Below, in pieces: positions 1 to 9,695 of a DNA stretch of 64,000 bases. Under the pieces are notes generated by a model, which made no database searches, had not been told where the DNA came from, and worked only from the letters and a program-made list of their open reading frames with translations. This stretch comes from Candidatus Hydrogenedentota bacterium (GTDB lineage Bacteria > Hydrogenedentota > Hydrogenedentia > Hydrogenedentales > Hydrogenedentaceae), in the NCBI GenBank assembly GCA_026415215.1, contig JAOAHN010000122.1, forward strand, positions 11,954 through 75,953. Reading direction: 5' to 3'. Made by a program: the position numbers and the translations under genes. The number at the start of each line of letters is the position of its first letter. Within the stretch, counting starts at the first letter, position 1.

Positions 1-906
1 AACATAGAAAAAATTTTTTTGGGCAAGACAAAGACTGTAAAGCTTTGTATAGCGGGAGTACTTGCGAGGGGACACATACTTATTGAGGATGTTCCTGGGA
101 TAGGTAAGACTACATTAGCCCAGGCTATAGCTAAATCTATGAATTGTAAATTTAATAGAATCCAGTTTACGAGTGATATGCTTCCCTCTGATATTTTAGG
201 TGTTTCGGTGTTAAATCCTCAAAAAGCGGACTTTGAATTTAGAAGGGGACCCATATTTGCTAATGTGGTTCTTGCTGATGAGATAAATAGAACACCTCCT
301 AAAACTCAAAGTGCCTTATTAGAGGCTATGAGTGAATATCAGATTTCAATGGATGGGCAAACTTATCAACTTCCCAAACCATTTGTGGTGATTGCTACTC
401 AAAATCCTATTGAGTATGAAGGTACATACAGCTTACCGGAATCGCAGTTGGATAGATTCTTGCTTCGGCTTGATATAGGATATCCGCCATCTGAAGAAGA
501 AATGCTGATAATGCGACGAGGCGATGTTTTTAAGGAAATTAATGAGCTTTCTCCGGTAATTTCAGCCGAAGAAATCATAGAACTCCAAGAACATGTCAGG
601 AAAATAACGGTGGAGGATTCGGTGACTTTTTATATGCTCCAAATCGTTGAAAGGACGAGAACTCATCCTGATGTAGAATTAGGATTGAGTCCGAGAGGAA
701 GTCAGAGCTTATATGTGGCTTCCCAGGCTTGGGCTGTTATTAATGGTAGGGATTATGTTACGCCTAACGATGTCAAGGAGATGGCAGAGCCTGTTATAGC
801 TCACAGACTTATACTTAAGTCAAGAACTTTTAATCTCAGTAAGTTGGCTGAAGAAAGAAGAAAAGTCGTCCAAAATATTATTGATAATGTTCCCCTCCCG
901 AGATAG
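1..906 (+). CDS. MoxR-family AAA+ ATPase (5' end truncated by window edge)
   Basis: Walker A 'PGIGKTTLA' and a MoxR-like core ('FTSDMLPSDILG', 'DEINRTPPKTQSALLEAM'). The reading frame is open back to nt 1, and only about 18 aa precede the Walker A where about 40 are usual. It is followed by DUF58 and transglutaminase genes. Confidence 0.85.
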   Translation, partial: NIEKIFLGKTKTVKLCIAGVLARGHILIEDVPGIGKTTLAQAIAKSMNCKFNRIQFTSDMLPSDILGVSVLNPQKADFEFRRGPIFANVVLADEINRTPPKTQSALLEAMSEYQISMDGQTYQLPKPFVVIATQNPIEYEGTYSLPESQLDRFLLRLDIGYPPSEEEMLIMRRGDVFKEINELSPVISAEEIIELQEHVRKITVEDSVTFYMLQIVERTRTHPDVELGLSPRGSQSLYVASQAWAVINGRDYVTPNDVKEMAEPVIAHRLILKSRTFNLSKLAEERRKVVQNIIDNVPLPR

Positions 907-926
907 TTATTAGTTAAGATTCTTAT

Positions 927-2018
927 ATGACTCAAGGTAAACTTAAATTAAAGAAGAAAAATAGGTCTTTTCAGATAGGCGTAATACTGTTTTCTCTTCT
1001 TTTACTTCTCTCCGCGTGGAACAGTGGCAATAATATTTTGTATCTCGCTTTTGCCATAAGTTTTGCATTTTTAATAGTAGGAGAATTTTTTGGAAATTTT
1101 AATTTGGGTAAATTTAGAGTGTATGTTTTGGCGCCGGACCAAGTGGTAAAGGGTGAAATTGGAAATATATGGCTTAGATTGGAAAGTTTTAGAAAGCTAT
1201 TCCCATCTTTGGGGTTAAATGTAGAGATTATAATAAAATTTCAGTCGGGGGAAATTAAAAAAGTATTTGTAAAAAATGTGCCTATTGTGTTTCCTCTCCA
1301 AGGGGTAGATATTTCTTTCGGGTATATGTTTGGGAAAAGGGGTAAAGCACTCATAGAAAGGGTGATAGTGTATTCATATTTCCCATTCGGGTTAGTAAGA
1401 TATCAAGTAGACTATGAGTTAGATATTGAAATTTTAGTAACTCCTCGTTATAGGGCGCTAAACATCGAGGTTTTAGGAAATTACATTGGTGGGTGTAGGA
1501 TCCCCGTTAAAACTCTATTGTCAGAGTCGGGAGAATTCTACTCATTAAGAGAGTATCAACCAGGCGATGATATTAGATACATTGCTTGGAAGATTAGTGC
1601 TCGAGTGGGAGTTTGGCTGGTTCGAGAATGGGCAGTTAGCATGCCAAATCAATATGTCATCTATGTAGATTTAAGAACGAGGGGGACACAGGATGACGAA
1701 TCTTTTGAGGAGATGATTGAATTTACCGCATCTATTGTTTATTCTCTTTTAGGTAAGCAGTTTAAGGTAGGGCTGTATGTGGGAGGAGGGGAGAAAGTTC
1801 CAGTAAATGGGGGAAACGCTCATTTCTCATTGATCTTGCGAATTCTGGCTTTAGTTTCTCCAGAGAGACGATACGATATAGATGAAGATGTGTGGAAAAA
1901 GTTCTTAGCAGAAGGAAGAAACTCTCGTCTTTTGTTAATTTCGATTTTGCCCGAATTGTGGGATGAGGGATCTTTAAATGGTATGAAGGTAGCCGTGCCC
2001 GATGGGATTAGAAGATAA
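927..2018 (+). CDS. DUF58 domain protein (MoxR-associated)
   Basis: DUF58 signature 'LREYQPGDDIRYIAWKISAR...VREW'. It has N-terminal TM helices and sits directly after the MoxR gene. Confidence 0.8.
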   Translation: MTQGKLKLKKKNRSFQIGVILFSLLLLLSAWNSGNNILYLAFAISFAFLIVGEFFGNFNLGKFRVYVLAPDQVVKGEIGNIWLRLESFRKLFPSLGLNVEIIIKFQSGEIKKVFVKNVPIVFPLQGVDISFGYMFGKRGKALIERVIVYSYFPFGLVRYQVDYELDIEILVTPRYRALNIEVLGNYIGGCRIPVKTLLSESGEFYSLREYQPGDDIRYIAWKISARVGVWLVREWAVSMPNQYVIYVDLRTRGTQDDESFEEMIEFTASIVYSLLGKQFKVGLYVGGGEKVPVNGGNAHFSLILRILALVSPERRYDIDEDVWKKFLAEGRNSRLLLISILPELWDEGSLNGMKVAVPDGIRR

Positions 2019-4272
2019 GGAAATAAGGACATTAAGAATAATTTCTGATTTGTTGACAGTTGGTATAGTGGTTGTTTCTTACTTGGCTCTTTCTGCAGTT
2101 CCTGAGTATGGGTTTGCAGTGTTGTTTGTTCCTATTGTACCTATATTTTTAAGTTTTTTTGTGCATAAATTAAAGGAAACAGTTCCTTACTACAGCAAGA
2201 TAGTTCAAATCCCCCTGCTCTGTCTTGGCCTGTCCCTGCCAGTAACTGTGCCCATTTTAGGCATTTTACACACCGTGATGTTGTTAACCTCTGCTATTCA
2301 GTTAACACTATTAATATACCCAAAGGGTATTAGGGAATATCTATATTTAGTCTTCATGAGTTTCTTTCTCTTTTTAGGTGCTGGAGCACAAGCTCCAGAG
2401 CCATCTGTTGGACTGTCAGTGGTATTTTTTGTTAGTTTTGTAGTCATTTTGCTCCCGCTTGTTATGATGTCCGAGCTTATAACGAGACCAGGATATGTTG
2501 AGTATGCGAAGGTTAATTTAGTTACTCCGGGTAACCTTCTTTTTGCAAGAAGGTATTATATATGGGCGATGTTTGCAACTATATTTGTTATAGTGTGGAG
2601 CTTGGTTTTTGTGGGATTTGTTTATACCCCCAGAGTAGAGGCTGGGTTGCTTGGTAGAGATATAGGTCTGCGCGCAAGAACGGGGATACCTCAATCTGTC
2701 TCGCTTAGAGGTGGGCAATCTATCGAGCTTTCTCCTACGCCTGTTCTTAGTGCCTATTTCCCGAATGCAGGTGAGCGTCAACCTTTACCTGAGAGTAAAC
2801 TCTATTGGAGAATTACCACGCTTCCTGCTTATTTAGGCAATCAGTGGCGAAGATGGCCTTTAGAACGCTCTTACGAGCCTTCTGAGAGTGAGAATTTTTT
2901 ATACATTCTGCGTCAGGTCCAGATAAGGCAGGGTGGTGAGAACACAACGGGTATTGACTTTAGTTTAGGAAGAAGAATGCCATATTTGAGGGTTGCATAC
3001 GAAGTTTATCTTGATAACTTGCCGGAAGTTGGAATTCCCTTGTTGGATAAACCCCAGAGTGTTTCGGTCCCGAGGACTGGCTCACAAATTTTAGTAGGTT
3101 GGGATAATACGAAGGATGCCACCGCAGTAGTAGCAACGCCAGGAGTTAGAAGATTAGTATATACGGCGGTTTCGGATGTAGTTGACTGGGTTCCTGAGAA
3201 ATTGGTAGAGGCGAAAGATAATTATAATGAGTTATTAAATACACAAGATTATAAAGTTTTGACACAGGAGGACCTTTCTGAAAGGGCTAAAAGAGTGATT
3301 CAGGAGGTTGTTAGTGGGAAAGAAAGAGTCTACGATAAAGTTAAAGCTATAGAAGATTGGTTATCAGGTCCCGAGTTCAGGTATACATTGAATGTACCGC
3401 CTTTACCAATAGATAAGCCAATAGATGCCTTTCTGCTCGAGGTTAAGAGTGGTCATTGCGAATTATTTGCATCTGCTATGGCTCTTGCAGTGAGAAGCCT
3501 CGGGATCCCCGCGAGGGTTGTTTCAGGCTATCGAGGAGGCGAGTGGGATCCCAATACAAGGTCTTATCTCGTAAGAGAGGGTATGGCTCATTTATGGGTG
3601 GAGGTATTGTTTTTAGATTACGGTTGGGTTCCCTTTGACCCATCGCCGAGAGGAGCGGATTTTCTACTGGTAGAGAATAGATACTTACAGATATTGACGA
3701 GGCTATTACTGAGGGGGAAAATTTTTTGGTACAGGAGGGTTGTGGGTTTTGATAGGGGGGTTCAAATTCCAAGTTTAGAATTTCTTAACATGGGCATATT
3801 TAGGGATATTGATGAATTAATTAATCCTGGTGGCAATAGAATGATACCATCTACTTCTTTATTTGTAGTGGGGTTGGTTTTCTTATTTTCTGTTATTGCG
3901 AGTCTAAGAATTCTAATTTTCTTATGGAAGTTTATAAAGATGTTTTTGAATTTTAGTTTGCGAAGGGAGCACCGTAGAATTGCAAGGTTTTCATCTGACC
4001 AGCTCCAAGCAAGGAAGCTTTTCTTAATGTTTGAAAAGGTTAGCAAAAAAGCAGGGTGGGATATTTCTAATATGACTGCAGAAGAAATAGAGAAATACAT
4101 TACTGAAATAAATTTAGAATTAAAAGATGAGATTAGGGACTTTCTAAGGGAGTATAACGAGGTAAGGTTTGGATTAAAAAATTGGGGAATAGGAAAGGCA
4201 TCTTATTGGCGTAGAAAAATTTTAAATTGGTTTCGTCCTTTTTCTGACTACTTTAACAATGTAAGGACTTAG
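2002..4272 (+). CDS. Transglutaminase-like multi-pass membrane protein (TgpA-like)
   Basis: About 6 N-terminal TM helices. Transglutaminase core 'SGHCELFASAMALAVRSLGIPARVVSGY' contains the Cys nucleophile. It overlaps the DUF58 stop by 17 nt, so the three genes look like one MoxR/DUF58/TGase operon. Confidence 0.8.
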   Translation: MGLEDKEIRTLRIISDLLTVGIVVVSYLALSAVPEYGFAVLFVPIVPIFLSFFVHKLKETVPYYSKIVQIPLLCLGLSLPVTVPILGILHTVMLLTSAIQLTLLIYPKGIREYLYLVFMSFFLFLGAGAQAPEPSVGLSVVFFVSFVVILLPLVMMSELITRPGYVEYAKVNLVTPGNLLFARRYYIWAMFATIFVIVWSLVFVGFVYTPRVEAGLLGRDIGLRARTGIPQSVSLRGGQSIELSPTPVLSAYFPNAGERQPLPESKLYWRITTLPAYLGNQWRRWPLERSYEPSESENFLYILRQVQIRQGGENTTGIDFSLGRRMPYLRVAYEVYLDNLPEVGIPLLDKPQSVSVPRTGSQILVGWDNTKDATAVVATPGVRRLVYTAVSDVVDWVPEKLVEAKDNYNELLNTQDYKVLTQEDLSERAKRVIQEVVSGKERVYDKVKAIEDWLSGPEFRYTLNVPPLPIDKPIDAFLLEVKSGHCELFASAMALAVRSLGIPARVVSGYRGGEWDPNTRSYLVREGMAHLWVEVLFLDYGWVPFDPSPRGADFLLVENRYLQILTRLLLRGKIFWYRRVVGFDRGVQIPSLEFLNMGIFRDIDELINPGGNRMIPSTSLFVVGLVFLFSVIASLRILIFLWKFIKMFLNFSLRREHRRIARFSSDQLQARKLFLMFEKVSKKAGWDISNMTAEEIEKYITEINLELKDEIRDFLREYNEVRFGLKNWGIGKASYWRRKILNWFRPFSDYFNNVRT

Positions 4273-4300
4273 AGCGTGTATATCTTGGTTTTGTGTAGGA

Positions 4301-5578
4301 TCATGTTCTTTTTTTATAGCTATTCACGAAGATTATCACTTGGTCAGGATCGGTAGTTGTTAATACGATTTCAGGTAGCAGGTCTCCGTTTAAATCACTC
4401 GAATCTATAGCTCGGGGGGTACCAGACTTTAATTGGTAAGTTTCCGACTTAAATTTGTTTAACTCTGATGTTTTTTTTGTGTCTATTCCGTTGTTAATAT
4501 ACACCACTAATGTTCGAGAGAGTTTTTCTGCTAAAGCTATGTCTGGAAAACCGTCTGAGTTGAAATCCGCAACTGTAAAGTCTGTTATTTCAAAATTAAT
4601 AGAACCTATCTCTTTCGAAACCTCGAGAGTTTTGGAGGTTTGGTATGAGAAAGGTTCTCCTGTGTTGTAAATTATTTCGATTGGGCTATCTGCTTTTCTG
4701 AATGCTACGATTAAGTCTTCATTCTTATCTCGATTAATATCTGAAGTGATTATTTTATTTGGGTATCTTCCCTTGGTTTTTATACTTGATATTCTTTCAA
4801 ATGTCAAATCTTGATTACCCTTCATTAGAACTACCTCATCTTGATTGAACAGTAAGATTGCAAGATCAAATATACTGTCATTATTAAAGTCCGACACAGC
4901 CAATGCTCTCGGTCCTCCTTTCATTAATATTGATGAATGTAATTTTAGTGTCTCCTTCAAATCCCCGAGGTGAATAAAAATGGTATCGCACGACCAACCT
5001 GTGGAAATCACATCGTTTAGCCCATCTCTGTTAATATCTTTAACTACCAAAGATGTTAATCCAGGTGTAGTAAATATAGGTAATTCATCCCCATCAAGAA
5101 CCTGGGTATATTTAAGATTTTCATCCGGAATTTTAATGGAGTTAACTGTAAAAATGTTCTCGTCCTTTAGATTGTTGAATATTTGTATGTCTTGACTCTT
5201 TTTAGCGAGAAAGTTCACTACTACTATATCTAACCACTTTTGGGCATCCATATTTGCTATTGCTATGTCATATGGAGCAAAGTCTGTTTTAAGTGTGGGA
5301 TGGAGTTTCACATAGTTTATTGGGCCCTGTGATAGTAATATGGAAAGTTCATCATTAGCGGGTCGTTCCTCACGGGGATTTCTCATGATGCCTCTGTCCG
5401 CTGTAACAATGTCAGGAATATTGTCACCGTTTAGGTCCCCTAATGCGATTCGAGAGGGGTTAGGTCCTACCTGAAAAAATTTGGGATGGGTTGTAAATGT
5501 TTGGGGATATGTGTTGTGGAAGAGGCAGGTTACAATTACCAAAATGAAAACGCTCTTGTGCAAGTACCCATTAGGCAT
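4301..5578 (-). CDS. Secreted FG-GAP/VCBS repeat protein (integrin-alpha-like beta-propeller)
   Basis: Signal peptide. Repeated Ca-binding-like 'D-x-N-x-D-g-x-x-D' motifs: 'DLNGDNIPDIV', 'DINRDGLNDVIS', 'DFNNDSIFDLAI', 'DINRDKNEDLIV', 'DFNSDGFPDIAL', 'DLNGDLLPEIV'. Confidence 0.7.
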   Translation of the reverse strand: MPNGYLHKSVFILVIVTCLFHNTYPQTFTTHPKFFQVGPNPSRIALGDLNGDNIPDIVTADRGIMRNPREERPANDELSILLSQGPINYVKLHPTLKTDFAPYDIAIANMDAQKWLDIVVVNFLAKKSQDIQIFNNLKDENIFTVNSIKIPDENLKYTQVLDGDELPIFTTPGLTSLVVKDINRDGLNDVISTGWSCDTIFIHLGDLKETLKLHSSILMKGGPRALAVSDFNNDSIFDLAILLFNQDEVVLMKGNQDLTFERISSIKTKGRYPNKIITSDINRDKNEDLIVAFRKADSPIEIIYNTGEPFSYQTSKTLEVSKEIGSINFEITDFTVADFNSDGFPDIALAEKLSRTLVVYINNGIDTKKTSELNKFKSETYQLKSGTPRAIDSSDLNGDLLPEIVLTTTDPDQVIIFVNSYKKRT

Positions 5579-5581
5579 TTT

Positions 5582-6583
5582 TTAAGAGTCCTTTACTTTT
5601 GAAAGTTTGATAGCGAGGTCGATTGCTGAGACTAAACTTTTCTCTGATGCTACCCCTTTGCCTGCTATATCAAAAGCTGTGCCATGGTCTACGGATGTGC
5701 GGATGATTGGTAGTCCAAGTGTTATATTCACCCCTTCATCCATAGCTACTAACTTTAGTGGAATATGTCCTTGGTCGTGGTACATTGCCACTACTGCATT
5801 AAACTCACTTAGCCAGAGCCTCCGAAACACTGTGTCGGGAGGGTAAGGGCCTGAACAGGGTATACCTTTTGCTCTGCATACCTTTACAGCAGGTTCTATT
5901 ATCTCTATTTCTTCTTTCCCAAATAACCCATTTTCTCCTGCGTGAGGATTTAAACCTGCGACCGCTATCCTTAATTCTGAATGATAAATTTTTTTTAGTT
6001 GCTCATAACATATCTCTATCGTTCTAATTAGTGGTTCTAACCTGATTTTAGATATAGCTTCAAGTATCGATAAGTGTCCCGTATGGTGAACAATCCATTT
6101 CTCTTTGGTGTATAAAGTCATACGGTAATCTTTAGTTCCCGTTAAGTGCGCAATCATAGTGGTATGACCGTCGTAGGGGATGTTTGCTTTTGCTAACCCA
6201 TCTTTGGTTATCGGAGCGGTTACTATAGCATCGACTCGTTTTTCTAATGCCCATGCTACTGCTTGTCTTATCCACTCAGTAGATGCTATGCTGTTCTCGG
6301 GATAGATGTGGCCTGGGTCAAATGGAAGTGTCTCATAACCTAATTCTGTTATTCCAAGAGACAATTGGTCAGAAATAAGTTCCTCAGGAGAGAGGATATC
6401 TTCTGGTATGACTGACGAATTTAACAACTTTGCATAGTAGGTGTAAGCTTTTAAATTCCCAACAACTATGAATCGAGCCTTTTTGTATATATGTTGGTCG
6501 GTTAATGCCTTAACTATAATTTCTGGGCCGATTCCATTTATGTCGCCCATAGTTATAGCTATGATAGGTAGAGTGTCCATCAT
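5582..6583 (-). CDS. pdxA: 4-hydroxythreonine-4-phosphate dehydrogenase
   Basis: PdxA motifs 'AITMGDINGIGPEI', 'AGLNPHAGENG', 'HGTAFDIAGKG'. Length 333 aa. Confidence 0.85.
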   Translation of the reverse strand: MMDTLPIIAITMGDINGIGPEIIVKALTDQHIYKKARFIVVGNLKAYTYYAKLLNSSVIPEDILSPEELISDQLSLGITELGYETLPFDPGHIYPENSIASTEWIRQAVAWALEKRVDAIVTAPITKDGLAKANIPYDGHTTMIAHLTGTKDYRMTLYTKEKWIVHHTGHLSILEAISKIRLEPLIRTIEICYEQLKKIYHSELRIAVAGLNPHAGENGLFGKEEIEIIEPAVKVCRAKGIPCSGPYPPDTVFRRLWLSEFNAVVAMYHDQGHIPLKLVAMDEGVNITLGLPIIRTSVDHGTAFDIAGKGVASEKSLVSAIDLAIKLSKVKDS

Positions 6584-6620
6584 TTAAGCCCTTCGAAATA
6601 GATACTATATGGTTATTATA

Positions 6621-6672
6621 TTATAGAAAAACCAGACTAAATGGGTTGTTGAGATAACCACATTTAGTCTGG
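6621..6672 (-). terminator. Rho-independent terminator downstream of the DUF1559 gene
   Basis: Perfect 12-bp stem CCAGACTAAATG / CATTTAGTCTGG (6632-6643 / 6661-6672) with a structured loop. On the minus strand it is followed by TTTTTCTATAA. Confidence 0.7.
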
Positions 6673-6702
6673 CGTAATTTTTATAATCTCTCAATAATTC
6701 TT

Positions 6703-7695
6703 TTATGTAAGGGCAGAAACGAGAACACCTATTACTACTGCTACTGCTTGGGTGACAGGAGGAGTTCCCCCAACTGGTTGATATCTTATAAATTCAACAT
6801 GTCCGTCCATGTACAGTACATTTGACCCACCAGGTATATGATTGTAATCTGAAGCACTTACTGCTACTTTATCAAAAATAATCGGCAGAGTGCTCTGGGC
6901 TTTTGCGCTTGCGGAAGGATTATTAATGTCAGTTATGAGGAACCTTTCTATTCCTTCTCTCAATCTATATACTGTATTTGTTCCAGCGTTTCCATAACCT
7001 TGAAGTGTGCTACTGGATATGTCGGAATCTACTATTCTAAATATAGTAGAATGGTCTTTGTTGTTAACTGCAGTTACTAATTCGGGAGTAGCAAGAGCAA
7101 GCAATCCGTAAACAAGTTGGGCGGGTGCGTTAGTTGGTGTATTGGGAGGCAGAGTTATAGGTCCTGCACCTAAAGAGTTTAGGACATTTACCATAGGAGT
7201 TACATCAACCATTGGCCATTCATCTCCTATGCGGTCCATAACAAGGCCCAGATAAATGTAGCTTGAGTCCATAGCAGAGGCACAGGAGAAAGTATCGTTT
7301 GTGTAATAGTTTATGCACCATTCATCTCTGTCAGGGTATTTCGCTCTTGATATTGATTGCCGATAATCTGCATCGGAGGGACAAAAGGCTATCATTGGAT
7401 CGTTAAGATACTCGGGGTAAATCAAAAATGTACTTGGACATAGGTCCGCTCTTACCTCAATACTGCCTTGAATTGTAGGATAGGCTCCAAATTGGACCGG
7501 AGGAAATTTTTCGCCTTTTGCTTCGTTACTATACATTTTTAGCACTAATCCCCATTGCTTTAGATTGTTTTGACAGCTCGACCTGCGTGCTGCCTCTCTT
7601 GCCCTTGCCAGTGCAGGTAATAAAATCGCTGCAAGGATGCCGATAATAGCAATAACCACAAGTAACTCTATCAGAGTAAATCCTACTTTTTTCAT
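6703..7695 (-). CDS. Prepilin-type N-terminal cleavage/methylation domain protein, DUF1559 (H-X9-DG) family
   Basis: Start re-set to ATG at 7695 ('[38 protein letters not shown]'), which has a GGAGA Shine-Dalgarno 7 nt upstream. The track ORF begins 25 codons earlier. The C-terminus '[17 protein letters not shown]' matches the H-X9-DG motif. This family is typical of Planctomycetes, Verrucomicrobia and Lentisphaerae. Confidence 0.8.
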   Translation of the reverse strand: MKKVGFTLIELLVVIAIIGILAAILLPALARAREAARRSSCQNNLKQWGLVLKMYSNEAKGEKFPPVQFGAYPTIQGSIEVRADLCPSTFLIYPEYLNDPMIAFCPSDADYRQSISRAKYPDRDEWCINYYTNDTFSCASAMDSSYIYLGLVMDRIGDEWPMVDVTPMVNVLNSLGAGPITLPPNTPTNAPAQLVYGLLALATPELVTAVNNKDHSTIFRIVDSDISSSTLQGYGNAGTNTVYRLREGIERFLITDINNPSASAKAQSTLPIIFDKVAVSASDYNHIPGGSNVLYMDGHVEFIRYQPVGGTPPVTQAVAVVIGVLVSALT

Positions 7696-7817
7696 AAATA
7701 GTCTCCTATCTTGGAATTTAGTAACGCCATTTGATATTCTCTTAAGATATATGACCATGCTTCTGTACAAACAGTTTCATTTCTAACAATTTCGTGATAA
7801 ACAGTTGGAGGTCAACT

Positions 7818-8222
7818 ATGAAAAAGTTGCTATGTTATGTGATACTCTTTGTCGTGGTATCTTTCTTTCAGGGATGTTTTTGGCCCTCTACTCAAGAAGG
7901 GAAACTAACACTTTTATCGGATAAAATTGGCTTGTCTGTAGAAGGACCTCATGGATTCTATGGTACTATAACTAAGGAGAGTATAACCGATTCGGACTGG
8001 GATTTCTCAGGAGAGTTCACATTTCCTAACTCGCTCTACTTTTATCTCGGCTTTACTCATAAAGTAGAAGAGAGCTACCCAGAAAATATAGTTATTGAGT
8101 TGTATGTTAAGAGGTCACTTTTAGGTGAGCTAATAGCTCCAAGTGAGAAGAAAGTAAGAATCGAGAAGAAAATTAATGCTTCCAATGAGGCAAAATTCCG
8201 AGTAGTATTTAATACTTTTTAG
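7818..8222 (+). CDS. Hypothetical lipoprotein
   Basis: Start re-set to ATG 7818 ('MKKLLCYVILFVVVSFFQGCFWP'), with a GGAGG Shine-Dalgarno 8 nt upstream. Signal peptide with a lipobox-like 'FQGC'. No recognisable domain. Confidence 0.45.
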   Translation: MKKLLCYVILFVVVSFFQGCFWPSTQEGKLTLLSDKIGLSVEGPHGFYGTITKESITDSDWDFSGEFTFPNSLYFYLGFTHKVEESYPENIVIELYVKRSLLGELIAPSEKKVRIEKKINASNEAKFRVVFNTF

Positions 8223-8248
8223 CGGGAGAAGTTCTGATTAGTTACAGC

Positions 8249-8833
8249 ATGAATAGCAAAGAGGAGATTAGAAAAAGTTTAATTACTGTTTTGAGGTTAT
8301 TGACCCCATCTGAGGTGAGAGAAAAAAGTATTTATATTGTAGAGAAGATTTTAGCTACTCCACAATACAAGATGAGTAAAGATGTTTTTTCTTATGTGCC
8401 CGATGGTAAGTGGGAGGTAGATGTTACCCTTCTGATACACAAAGCATTTGCTGATGGTAAAAGAGTCTGGGTCCCAAGGATTGATGGTGAAAACCTTGTT
8501 TGGCACAATATAGATGAGAAGAAGATGTCAAAACTCGTAAAAAATATATGGGAGATTCCTGAACCTTTGCCTTTTTGGGAACCTTTAGTCGTGCAAGCCG
8601 ATAGTGATGCTGTGTGTATAGTTCCAGGTATAGCATTTGATAGATTTGGTAACAGAATTGGGAGGGGAAAAGGCTTTTTTGACCGTTTTTTGAAAAAATC
8701 AAGATGTTATGCTATAGGAGTGTGTTTTACTTTCCAAATAGTTCAGAGGTGTCCTTGGAAAGTTTGGGATGTTAGAATGAATAAAGTAATTACTGAAGAT
8801 TATGAATTCACTATTTTAAATCCTGGAGGTTGA
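8249..8833 (+). CDS. 5-formyltetrahydrofolate cyclo-ligase
   Basis: Family motifs 'VWVPRIDGENLVWH' and 'IVPGIAFDRFGNRIGRGKGFFDRFL'. Length 194 aa. Confidence 0.75.
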   Translation: MNSKEEIRKSLITVLRLLTPSEVREKSIYIVEKILATPQYKMSKDVFSYVPDGKWEVDVTLLIHKAFADGKRVWVPRIDGENLVWHNIDEKKMSKLVKNIWEIPEPLPFWEPLVVQADSDAVCIVPGIAFDRFGNRIGRGKGFFDRFLKKSRCYAIGVCFTFQIVQRCPWKVWDVRMNKVITEDYEFTILNPGG

Positions 8834-8848
8834 AAACGGTTTTAGTTT

Positions 8849-9673
8849 ATGGATTATGAGTTTGCACCTCTTTCTATTGGGGAAACATGTTTTCAGTACT
8901 TAAAAGAAGGAACGGGAAACCCCATAGTTTTTGTACACGGTTTCTCATCTCCTATGTGTATTTGGGACAGAAATTTTTACTTTTTGAATGAGCACGGCTT
9001 TTCAGTTCTGCGATATGACCTATATGGGAGGGGAAGATCGGGGAAACCGAGAGTTGGATATACATTAGAACTATTTGTAACTCAGTTAAAAGAGCTATTA
9101 GATTATTTAAATATCAGAGGAGAGGTTAGTTTAGCCGGTTTGAGTATGGGGTGCTCTATATGCGCGAGTTTTACGATAAACTTCCCTGAGAGGGTCAAGG
9201 ATTTAATATTAATCGCCCCTGCTGGCTTGGGAGAAAAGAGTTTCACAATGAAGTTAATTACACTTCCCATTATAGGAACTTTTCTTTACGAATTGGTAGG
9301 CAAAAAAATGTTGGTTAAAGGTGTGTTAGATACGATAGGAGACGATCCAGAGGGTAGAAAGTATATCCTAAGAGAATATGAGTTTCAAATAGCGGACCCA
9401 ATGTATAGGTATGCCCTAATATCTACACTTAAGTATGGTCCTTTATATGGATTAGATTGGTTATATAGAAGATTGGGATTGTTAGAAAATAAAAGAGGAG
9501 CGCTTATCTGGGGAACTTCGGATAATGTAGTTCATTTTAGCTTGCACAAGGAGATTTTAAATTTAGTTCCTTGGTTGTCATTTTTCCCAATTGAAGGTGG
9601 CACACATGTAGTTAATTTTCAAAAGTCGGAGATAGTAAATAGAGTACTGTTAAATTCATTACAGGTAAAATAA
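8849..9673 (+). CDS. Alpha/beta-fold hydrolase
   Basis: 'VFVHGFSSPMCIW' oxyanion/HG region and nucleophile elbow 'LAGLSMGCSI' (GxSxG). Confidence 0.7.
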   Translation: MDYEFAPLSIGETCFQYLKEGTGNPIVFVHGFSSPMCIWDRNFYFLNEHGFSVLRYDLYGRGRSGKPRVGYTLELFVTQLKELLDYLNIRGEVSLAGLSMGCSICASFTINFPERVKDLILIAPAGLGEKSFTMKLITLPIIGTFLYELVGKKMLVKGVLDTIGDDPEGRKYILREYEFQIADPMYRYALISTLKYGPLYGLDWLYRRLGLLENKRGALIWGTSDNVVHFSLHKEILNLVPWLSFFPIEGGTHVVNFQKSEIVNRVLLNSLQVK

Positions 9674-9695
9674 TCTTTTTTAGAAGGGTGTTTAT

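Noticed and set aside
1820-2032. 70-aa minus-strand ORF from the track, and similar 60-170 aa ORFs such as 2518-2781, 3476-3772, 3762-4100, 13948-14289, 14784-15225, 17591-18103, 20970-21485, 35667-36140 and 36369-37169
   Set aside because: All lie antisense to, or in alternative frames of, long well-supported genes (DUF58, TGase, gyrA, gyrB, rsgA, the surface protein and others). They have low-complexity, stop-poor composition typical of AT-rich shadow ORFs.
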